A stretch of DNA of 64,000 nucleotides. Origin: Octopus vulgaris. Lineage: Eukaryota. The DNA lies in assembly GCA_951406725.2 (NCBI GenBank), contig OX597817.1, positions 134,850,001 to 134,914,000 of the forward strand, given 5' to 3'. Shown here piece after piece: positions 53,851 through 64,000 of this stretch; the stretch's first letter is position 1, and each line of letters starts with the position of its first letter. The position numbers and the translations under genes were made by a program. A model generated the notes under the pieces. The model was not told where the DNA came from. It saw only the letters and a list, made by a program, of their open reading frames with translations, and searched no databases.

Positions 53851-55039
53851 AGAAACATTAGCACGCCAGACGTTTAATGTACATATCATTTAAAATAAGA
53901 GCTATTAATAATTTCTTACAACAGAGATTTGGCAGATTTATGTGACCTGGCATGTGTCTCCAAGTAATTTCAGGCTCAGAGTTCATGATCTCATGGTTAA
54001 TCTTATTTAAAAGTCAGGACACTGGTACATAAGAAATCACGATTCAAAATCGAAAGAAGGTTGATGCAAAAAGTGGAATGAAGGGACAAAAGGTTCCGTT
54101 TTTATTCTGCCTTTGTCTTCTTATTCCACATTTTGTATCAACTTTACTGAATAATTGAAAAATTTATTGAGTTTTTTTGTTATTGTTGTTGACATTGTTG
54201 TTGCTAATACTGTTTTTATGGCTATTGTTGTCGTTATTATTCCAGTCTTGATCATCTTGTTTTGTTTTATCTACCGAGGATTATATCGTCTAATGTGTCT
54301 TTCCCTTTAAGTCAGTGAGAGTGTGACCAATAGGAACTTGGCTTCCCTTTTTAGCGGACCAAGCCACCGTGTACAGACTCTGCCGTTGGCTTGGGAACGA
54401 GTTTTGTAAATATTATCTTTGATAAGCAATCATAGGAAAAACTCTACCAAGCTGAATCGCTAATTATTGACCTTTAACCTTTTTTTGCGGGAATTAATAT
54501 CGAACGCGTGAAAAAAAAACAAAAGAAACTGTTTCCAAACACACAAACGATTAAAAATTTGATGCTGCATTCTTTTTTGGTAACATTAAAATGTCTTCTG
54601 AATACACCAAACAGGAGCTTCAAGCGAAATCTCATTTCTTGATCGCCATTCTTACTATTTTCATGCAAATGATACACTGTCAAAATATATGACAAAAGAT
54701 CGATAACGTAGATTTTAAAATCAAGTGAAACTTTAGACTGTGTTTGCCTATGTTGAAGCTACAAAAGGTCACCTATCAAATACGAAGGAAGCTAAAAGGG
54801 TGTCTACTTTCACGAACAATTGAGACAGATCTTCCGCTTCATCACCGCAGGCAAATAGGTTAACGGTTCCGAACAATACATTCCCACAAAGGGAATTGTT
54901 TCTTTGGACTCGTACCAGCAATGAATAGGAAGTTCAAAAACTATCTAAAAATACATCAAATTTTAACAGTATAAATTACCGGCGAGATTAGAAGCTGAGA
55001 TGATTCGCTTTCTAGTCCTATTTAAAGATAATTCACGTT

Positions 55040-55184
55040 AAGAATTTCGCTTTTCAGCCACATGTTTCCAGTTTCGGTCTCACTGCGTGGCACCTTGGGC
55101 AAGTGTTTTTTACTTATTAGCTTCGGGTCGACCTAAGCCTTGAGAGTGAATTTGTAACACGACGGAAAATAAAAAAATCCCGTC

Positions 55185-55187
<3 letters not shown>
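55040..55187 (+). mobile_element. SINE family B, 5' half
   Basis: cactgcgtggcaccttgggcaagtg...gacggaaaat...cccgtcgtatata. Confidence 0.75.
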
Positions 55188-55230
<43 letters not shown>

Positions 55231-55254
55231 GGGTATGTTTTTTATATATAAAAG

Positions 55255-55590
55255 AGGTGACCTTACATGCTGGAAAGGGCAGTTAAAGCCCAAACCACGA
55301 ATAAGAGTAATTTCAAAGGGAATGAAAAATAAGAACATTTCAATAATTACTCTTATACTCGAGTTTCTGCATCAATGCACAAGTAAATTAATTTGCCATC
55401 CGTGCTTCTTCACTAATGGCGCCAAAATTAAGGCATATTTATGCAACACTGAAGATACACGTAGAAACTCGAGTATAAGGGTAACTATTGAAATGTTTTT
55501 ATTTTTCATTCCCTTTTGAAATTACTCTTATTCGTGGTTTGGGCTTTAACTGCCCTTTCCAACATATAAGGTGTCCTGTTAAGGTCACCT
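55255..55590. repeat. Inverted repeat (arms ~55261-55370 / 55461-55571, ~90-bp spacer) between (TA)n tracts
   Basis: ggaaagggcagttaaagcccaaaccacgaataagagtaatttc.../...gaaattactcttattcgtggtttgggctttaactgccctttcc; partial hammerhead core at 55449-55475. Confidence 0.9.
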
Positions 55591-55699
55591 ATTTTGTACA
55601 TAAATACGTATACTATTTATATGAAAAAAATGTTGTCTATTGACTTTATAACGAATGCTGGCCACGGTTGAATATTTCTCTAAATTTTCTACCCTTAAA

Positions 55700-55785
<86 letters not shown>

Positions 55786-55833
55786 ATATAATTTGTGTTA
55801 TTTCCTCTAGCAAGTGGTATTCTGATACCCTAC

Positions 55834-55875
<42 letters not shown>

Positions 55876-55921
55876 TACATATATATATATACATACATAT
55901 AAATATATATATATATGTATG

Positions 55922-55955
<34 letters not shown>

Positions 55956-55969
55956 TGTATGTATGTATA

Positions 55970-56125
55970 ACATTCTTTATTTTCTCTCCTTGTTTCTTTC
56001 TGTGTTCCTTTCTGTGGATGAGCGTAGGCTCGAAACGTTTTTCACTTCCCGTGCGTTATACTAATACACCTGTTTGTTGTCTACACTACCTGTCTTCTTC
56101 GTCTTTTGTTTTTTTTGTGAATTCT

Positions 56126-56128
<3 letters not shown>
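55970..56128 (+). mobile_element. Family D (TA)n-flanked repeat with a hammerhead-like motif at ~56008-56040
   Basis: cttt-CTGTGGA-t-gagc(gtag)gctc-GAAA-cg-TT; the 3' strand of helix I is deleted. Confidence 0.6.
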
Positions 56129-56208
<80 letters not shown>

Positions 56209-56547
56209 ACCTCCTTTATAGACAGTTACTTTATACCCAATGTATGTCTCCTAATATCTTGACAATATTTATGACCATAACTAGCTATAAGCTGTCAATT
56301 CACACTTGCCCTTCATTCCAAACAGACACAGTCTTGGATTTAGTAGTTGATAAAAAGACAAATAAATTAGAAATGAACCACAATCATTTACGAGCAAGGA
56401 ACCCAGTAAGCTTCATGCTTTTCTTGGAAGTGTAGAATATTCTTAGCTACAATAGCGACAACATGGATTTCTTCCATCTTGCTCTCTTAAATTAATTGAG
56501 TAAAGGTATATTAATGTGTCCGACTGATTAAAATTCTATTTATTTCC

Positions 56548-56627
56548 GCAGCTGATGATAGCCATTTAAATTGATGTAATGACTGCATTGTTCAATTAAA
56601 TGGAGTCGCTTGAAACGGTCGTACTGC
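56548..56627 (+). ncRNA. Type-I hammerhead ribozyme with canonical core and long helix II
   Basis: gcag-CTGATGA-t-agc-catttaaattga...tcaattaaatg-gagtc-gct-t-GAAA-cggtcg-TA-ctgc. Confidence 0.75.
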
Positions 56628-56714
56628 ATAACATCTTGATATCCTGTTGCTTATTTTGATTTTATACACACACACACTAACTCTGTCTCACACACACACG
56701 CACACACACACACA

Positions 56715-56801
<87 letters not shown>

Positions 56802-57071
56802 ATATATTGCTATTTAGATAGATAGATGCACATATATATCCATATATATATAATATATATATGCATATATCTATATATACATTCATATATATATATATAT
56901 ATATATATACATGCATATATAATATATATATGCACACACACACAAATATGTGTGTGAATTATGTATGTGTATGATGTATGTATGTATGTATGCATGTATG
57001 TATGTATAGGCAGAAAAGTAGACAGACATGCAGACGAACAAACAGACAGACAAACAAAGAGAGTGACTGAG

Positions 57072-57167
<96 letters not shown>

Positions 57168-59071
57168 CACAATACTTCTTCAATCGGGGTATTCACTAAC
57201 CATTCTTTTCAGTTATATTACGTTCCATTGATTTTTCACGAAACCTTTCGATATGTTTCTTTAACAAAGTCAAGACTTTCACGAATGGTCAGACTACATT
57301 TTGCTCAAGAATTTTAATCAAACCGAAACATCCAGCGAGGCATCCAACGACCACTAAAAAACATACTCGCTTTCCTCCTGAGTTCTGCTTGTAATTAGTT
57401 TTAATCAATTACCATTTCAGCGCTGTCTCCTCTGCCACAATTAGTCATTAACTTATCGCTGCTGCGTGAGAGAAAAACATTTTAATGAATTCATTTTTCT
57501 TAGTTCACTGCATTGCATATATTAGTACTCAGATTGCAATGTGCTTTCTACACATCACACGTCTCTAGATATTTTACCGCAGTCAGTCTGATGGAGTGTC
57601 AGCTTTTCAAACTCAAACTCATTAAAAAACACTACAGCAAACAGTTTCACAGATTATCTATTTCGAATCTCTATCTATGTAACATATAATTATAATTTTA
57701 AACAGGGCAAATTTTCGCTATTTCTCCGCAAACTGAAAATAATTATGAACAATCTCAATCGTTTTTATCTATCTATCTATCTTATTTATCCGTCTATCCT
57801 TCTATCTATACATAAACAAAAAATATGGGACAAGAACGCAAAGCATCCAGACAGATGATACAAAAAAGGGACAAGAACAAACAAGGACGGGTCATTCGAA
57901 GCTTTCTTTCCTCGATCGAGTTCCAGATTATCTTTGCAATTTCGGCTGGTTATACTCGAGATTGCTCCAATCCTGCCAGGCTCAAGAAAAATCTAAGCTA
58001 AGAGAACTAGATTCCTTGGAAGAAAGCAGCGAATGTATACGAAAACATGGACGGGAAAAAAACCGGAGAAATGGTACACAAATACAAATGCAATTAACAT
58101 AACATTAACAACCGGTGTCTTTCGACTAAGGACGAATTAAATTAAGCCTTACGGCAAGGACATAAGAGCTGACAGGCATGGTATATGTAAGTATGCATAT
58201 ATGTATTTATACCTGCCAGTATGTCTACCTACCTTTCTATCTACCTTCCTTTCTATGTATCTACCTACCTCTCGCATTGTATCTTCATCAGTTCCTTCTT
58301 CTGTATCCCAGCTATTCCCATATCCCTTATCTCCATTTTCCTCACCCCCCTCTCTTCGCCTCTACCGTATCACAACTCAGCACTGTTCATCGAAATATAA
58401 ACGCGTACCATAGTAACAATACGTTGTTTTGTCATCATCATCATCAACAGTATCCCATCATCATCATCCTCATCATCATCGTCGTCGTTGTTGTTGTTGT
58501 TCTTGTTGTTGCTTTTATTGTAACAAACAAAAACACTGTTTTAATTTAAATATTCAAATTTTTGTTTTTCAAAGACAATCAAATGTCGTTTAGTTGTAAT
58601 ACATAAACTGTTTAAACATATCGATGACAGAAAATTAAAAATAATGGCATTCATTTGATCGTCAGATTACCGAAAACTAAACCAAATATTTATTATTAGA
58701 GCTATGGCGATGGCTGACGGCAGTGTTTCGTGTACGGGGACGTTATGAATATATCAATGACGTCATCGTGTTTGTACTGAACACAAAGCCCTAGACACCT
58801 TTTGAAACAACACAGATAATTTATGTATGACGTCATCATGTAATGAATACAAAACTGTGACAGAGGTGATATTTTTACTTTAGTCTGTTGCCATGCTGGA
58901 GCACCACTTTGATGAATCGACTTTTTTTATTTTAAAGCCTGGTGCTTATTTTATCGGTTTATTTTGCGAAACAGCAAGATGACAGGGACAACCGATTGTT
59001 AAGTGGTGGTGAGGAACAATCCTAGGTACAAGGATACACACACTTACACACACACATACACACACACATAC

Positions 59072-59155
<84 letters not shown>

Positions 59156-59157
<2 letters not shown>

Positions 59158-59932
59158 CTTTTTATTGTGGCCACACAGGGCTAAACACAGAATAAAAATG
59201 GACGAAATACAATGTAGAGTTTTTTCTTTTCGAGGTGGGATGGGTGGGACATACAAAGAAAAAAAGGTTCGATCAATAGGGATCTGTGGGTTGTGTGGAG
59301 TATAAAAATATAAAATATATATATATATAAATAAAGTTCACAGTTTAGGTGTAGCCCTGGAAAGAAAAACCTACAAAAAAGACCAAGTACACCTCAGACA
59401 GTTCGAAAATGAACACATGAGTAAGTCGCCTTACCTCTCGTTTTTTTTTGGGGGGGGTCACGGATTTACGCAGATGCCGCTGTTTAAGGCAGCGAACCAA
59501 CCGCGGAAGATGGAACCGAAACCAGCCGCTTTAAGGAGAGCCTCCAAGTAGTGATGGTCTACCTCACTGAAGGCTTTTGATTGATCCAAATTGATCAGCG
59601 CCCCATCCATGCCAGGAGCCTTAACTACCCTGTCTATGATGTAGCGCATCAGATAGAGGTTGTCATGGATACTCCTGCCCGGCACGCCGCCCGTTTGCGC
59701 CTTGTCAACTAGTTTCTCGATGATAAGCGCCAGCCTCTCGTTTAACACCGTGGCCAAAATTTTCAAATCTGCGTTGAGCAGAGTGATGGGTCTGAAATTA
59801 TCTATGATGTCCTTCTTTTTTGGGTCTTTCTTTAGCAGTGCCACTGCTCCTCGCTTTACAAAGGCGGGGATACTCCCGTTTTGCTGCCAGTAGACAGCTG
59901 CCAAGACGCCTCCAAACAAGTCCGTCATATGA
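59156..59932 (-). mobile_element. Third Tx1/L1-type LINE remnant (3' UTR joined to an RT piece by internal deletion); 3' end abuts (GATA)n
   Basis: NFRPITLLNADLKIL, PGRSIHDN, LDQSKAF; 3' end ggccacacagggctaaacacag next to (GATA)n at 59072-59155. Confidence 0.85.
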
Positions 59933-59953
59933 CAATTAACCACACAGGTCAGA

Positions 59954-60025
<72 letters not shown>

Positions 60026-60149
60026 TGTTTGAGGCTCTGATAAACCTGTAATGTGTTGCTCAGGTACTCAGCTACAAGTTCACCGTATCTCATAGTGTAA
60101 AAAGCTGTAAGATAATGGAGTTCATAACATAATCCTTGATCGCTGCTTC

Positions 60150-60300
60150 ACTAAAAAACTTAGTGTACTGCAAAATACTCAACCGTCACACTATAAAACT
60201 ATCCTATGCAAATTCATCAAACTTAGAACAACATATTCATAGGATTAACAACCGTATACTGAGGCGAAGATTAGTCAGCACTCGAAATAACCTTCTCCAC
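60150..60300 (+). mobile_element. Penelope-like RT-endonuclease linker fragment
   Basis: KILNRHTIKLSYANSSNLEQHIHRINNRIL resembles the PLE KIFNR.T.K.SYSC..N....I..HN..IL motif. Confidence 0.55.
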
Positions 60301-60629
60301 ATCAACCCTAACTTATCGAGTAGTCGATGGGCATCAAAGGTGCTCAAATATGATCTGCGGAGGATTACGCCGCTCATCGAGAGATTGTTACCGGGGATAT
60401 ATCTGTAATATGTCCATTTTGCAAGGCCCTCAAGTGGGTTGGAGAAACCAGTGGCCGATGCTGCTCAAACAGAAAGGTTTCCTTGCCTGACCTGCAAAAC
60501 ACTTCTCAGCCTTTCCTCTCTTTACTCCTTGGGCAATACCTGATTCACAGCAATTTATTCAGAAAATTCGCGCTTATAACTCTGCCTTCCGGATGACAAG
60601 TTTCGGTCACAAACCCGTTCGGGAAGACT

Positions 60630-60825
60630 TCTATATGCCAACGTTTTGGTGTGTTTTCATTCCCGTAACTCACCGGTTCGGCATACGCAACCGATAAAGT
60701 AAGTACCAGGGTTTAAAAGCTATAAGTATTGGGGTCGATTCACTCGACTAAAAATTCTCCAATGCGGTGCCCCAGCATGGCCGCAGTCTAATGACTGAAA
60801 CAAGTAAAAGACGAAAGATAAAAGA
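60630..60825 (+). mobile_element. SINE family B, 3' half
   Basis: cccgtaactcaccggttcggc...taagtaccagg...gcggtgccccagcatggccgcagtctaatgactgaaacaagtaaaag. Confidence 0.8.
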
Positions 60826-61431
60826 TATTTTTGTGACTTCGCCACTCGCTGTTCTCAAACTAATCTGGCGGTTTGTCGTACTTTTTATAAATTTATATTC
60901 TTTGTTACATGAGGATGAAGTTAGCGATTTGCCGCAATCTTTGCTAACCAATAAATTATTTGACAATTGACCGTACTCCTTGTTAGCAATGCCATCAGTA
61001 ACTCCACTCCAATCATTTCTCCACATAACAGAATAGAAAACGAATCCGATTTACCCTGGACTCCTCCCATCCTTCATTATTTGACTTAAAGCGGCCAACA
61101 ACGTTAAATCTATTTTAAAAAGCGCACGTTTGTTATTAAGGTGGCCGTATGCATTGTAAATTTGAATAAATGATTGTGTTTACATAATGCAACTATGCAC
61201 GGATAATTCTAATCTCCACAAACGTGCAACTGGTTAAAGTTATTATATGTTTTTGTTTGTTGTTTTTTTTCTATTTATTTCTGTTTTGAAATTGTTAGTT
61301 TTAGGTTTTTACCAATGAGTTACGTGCTCTGCCGTAGAAACAATAACACATTGCTCAGAAAATAATGTTTAGTTTTGTATATGTTATATGTAAGGAATTG
61401 GAAAATGAACACACACACACATACACATTCG

Positions 61432-61479
<48 letters not shown>

Positions 61480-62689
61480 GTAGCATATATACGATTGCAA
61501 ATGTGTGCAAGCACACATACATACACATATACATACACGCACATACATACACACAGAAGTAAGTACCAACTGTTTTCAGCATTAATATTTTTTTGCGTTA
61601 TAGATGTCTGTGCTTACGTGTATATATGTGTGTGTATATGTATGTATATGTATATATATAAGTATATATTTCTACCCGCACACATACTTGCATATATGCA
61701 AGCACATACAGTGCATACACACAGTATGTATGTATATACATATATACACACATACACCCACCCACACACACACATCTATGTATACGTATATATATATATA
61801 TGTATATATAACTGTGTAGTGTGATTTCTTCTATTTTTTGTGTTCATCAAAACTTGTATAAACAAACGGACACCAGCACACACACACATACACACACACA
61901 GACATACGCGCATATATATATATATGTCTCTGTATGTTTGTGTCTCTGTGTGCGTGCGTATATTATTACACACAAATAAGGTTGTATTTTCTATATTAAA
62001 ATAAAAGATACCTACCAGAAAACTTGAATTTCGAGAAAAATGATCACTCAGATATATATATATATGTGTATATGTGTGTCTGTGTATAATAGATAGGTGT
62101 ACATATTCCCCCCCACACACACACACACAGACACAACACACACACACGTATATATATATATATACATATGTATGCATACCTATAGGAACACATCTCTGTA
62201 TGCATGCACGCATGTGTGTGTGTGTGTGTGTGTGTGTTTGTATCTTAGCCTGAGTGCGTGTGTATACAACATATCATAATTCAAAGAAATTGAAGTATGT
62301 TTAAAGATTATGAAACCTTACTGTGGCCTGAACTTCAATGTAAACGTATTTATGTTATTGCTGCACTGAAAAGTTTCAGAGTTGTTTGACTGCTCTCCAA
62401 AAACGATGTACCATGTTTTCTACCCCATTCTCTACCAAATAATTATATATAACAGTCACAAATTATACTACCACCATGACAGATACACTGATTTGCAGAG
62501 TTGTGCTTCATGACTTTTCATTAATAAATGATGAAGGACAAACGTCGAAACATTAAAACAATCCATTTTGCAAGATTAACTAATATCATGCTCATCGTGC
62601 ATTCATCTCCTTGTTATTCTTTCTGAATGTCATTTTACTTTGGGTGAAGGCTCCAACACTGACATCATATATCTTCATTTCAGCAAAAT

Positions 62690-63826
62690 CCTGCTGAAGA
62701 AACTGAGTCCGTGGGATAAAGTGTTTCCTGACGAACAGAATCCAACATGTTGTGTTTGTGGGAATATGATCCAGCTCAGCCAAAGTCAGTAGTGGTGTCC
62801 CACAAAGTACTGTGTTGTACCCACTCCTCTTCATTATCTACATCAATGACATAGAAGACGTCATCAAATATTCTAGATTGAAAATCGTTGCAGATGATCC
62901 AAACTCCAGAAAGCTATAAACGTTATGGGAGACCGAACATGCTTTCAGTCGGATCTGTTTGCTGTTGTCCAGAGGGCGGGAAAAAATATGCTTCTAAATG
63001 AAGTTAAGTTTGATTTGATCCACATTGGAAAAGAGGATACTCTGAAGTTACCATATGCTCTTCTCTCGGGCGACTCCCTAGTGTCATCCAACAACACCAG
63101 AGACCGTGGAGTAATTCTTGATAACAATCCAAGCTGGAGTTCTCACATAAACAGCAAGGTTGACTTGGTCCGCAATATATGCTCCTGGATTCTGAGAACT
63201 TTCCGGTCCACAGATGCCTACACCATCATCCTTCTCTACTTTGACTCCACTTTGAATGCTGTTGCCCACTGTGGTCTCCCCATACGAAGCAACTCATAAT
63301 GAAAGTGGAAGCACTCCAGAGGTCAATAACAAGAAAGATAGACGGCATGAGAGACATTGACTATTGGGGTCGACTAAAAGACTCAATTTCTACTCTTTCC
63401 AACGCCACCGGGAGCGCTACATCATTTGTGTGATGTGGAAAATATTCCATCAATATTGCATAAATGATGCTGGCATCAATTTTAAAATCCATCCAAGACT
63501 TGGCCCCCATGCTATCTGGCCACTACAAAAATCAAACTCAGCACACATAACACTGCGTCACAATTGCTTTATCTCAACCGGTGCAGCTCACTTTAATACC
63601 ATGCTAAAATATGTCAAAACGGAAACGGATCCCATAGAATTCAAATGTTCACTGGACAAATTTCTTCAAAAAATCCCAGACCAACCTCCTACACCCGGAT
63701 ATGTCTCCAACAATAGTAACTCTTTGCTAGAGTGGGCCATGATGCCCCATATATGACTAAAAACTTCACCAGGTGGTGCTATTAAGTTAGACATGGCCTG
63801 GGCCTATACTGGCCGAAACCTATTTA
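62690..63826 (+). mobile_element. Decayed, 5'-truncated CR1-group LINE
   Basis: SGVPQSTVLYPLLFIIYINDI, IVADD, RDRGVILDNNPSWSSHI, EALQRSITRKIDG and FKCSLDKFLQKIPDQPPTPGY; short 3' UTR. Confidence 0.88.
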
Positions 63827-63916
63827 TGTGTATATATATAGATAATATATTTATAAAGCACGATTTATTCACGATCGGAGTTGTTCTAGGTACTATATAT
63901 ATATATATATAGCGAG

Positions 63917-63958
<42 letters not shown>

Positions 63959-64000
63959 TAGGTAGATAGATAGATATAAAGCACAATTTATTCGTGGTCA

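Noticed and set aside
57810-58180. Probable repeat island with ...ccagccGAAAttgca on the minus strand
   Set aside because: Single copy in the window with no complete ribozyme core or coding motif; family unassignable.
62525-62560. ATGATGA-ag-gac(aaac)gtc-GAAA-ca-TT hammerhead-like string
   Set aside because: C3 is mutated, helix III is not palindromic and there is no helix I.
63795-63822. ggcc...ggccGAAAc hairpin at the CR1 3' end as a ribozyme
   Set aside because: No catalytic core upstream; better explained as the usual LINE 3' UTR recognition stem-loop.

Overview
AT-rich, microsatellite-saturated eukaryotic non-coding DNA with no supportable host gene. The SINE and repeat repertoire resembles that of an octopus/coleoid cephalopod genome; this is an inference from repeat content, not verified. 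The window is a mosaic of retroelement remnants that appear to sort by microsatellite type. R4/Dong-type restriction-like-endonuclease LINEs sit head-to-tail in (TAA)n, one with an uninterrupted 585-aa ORF. Tx1/L1-type LINEs end in (TATC)n. Penelope-like (GIY-YIG) remnants and long palindromes sit in (TA)n. There are also a Tc1 transposon with TIRs, CR1/CRE/RTE fragments and three tRNA-derived SINE families. The main hidden signal is about a dozen minimal type-I hammerhead-ribozyme-like motifs with palindromic helix III, including canonical cores and U3-A8, U4C and A6U core variants, several of them paired in inverted repeats. A SINE subfamily also shares its 3' end with the (TATC)n-associated Tx1-like LINE. 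All alignments and folds were done by eye and coordinates of degraded elements are approximate.
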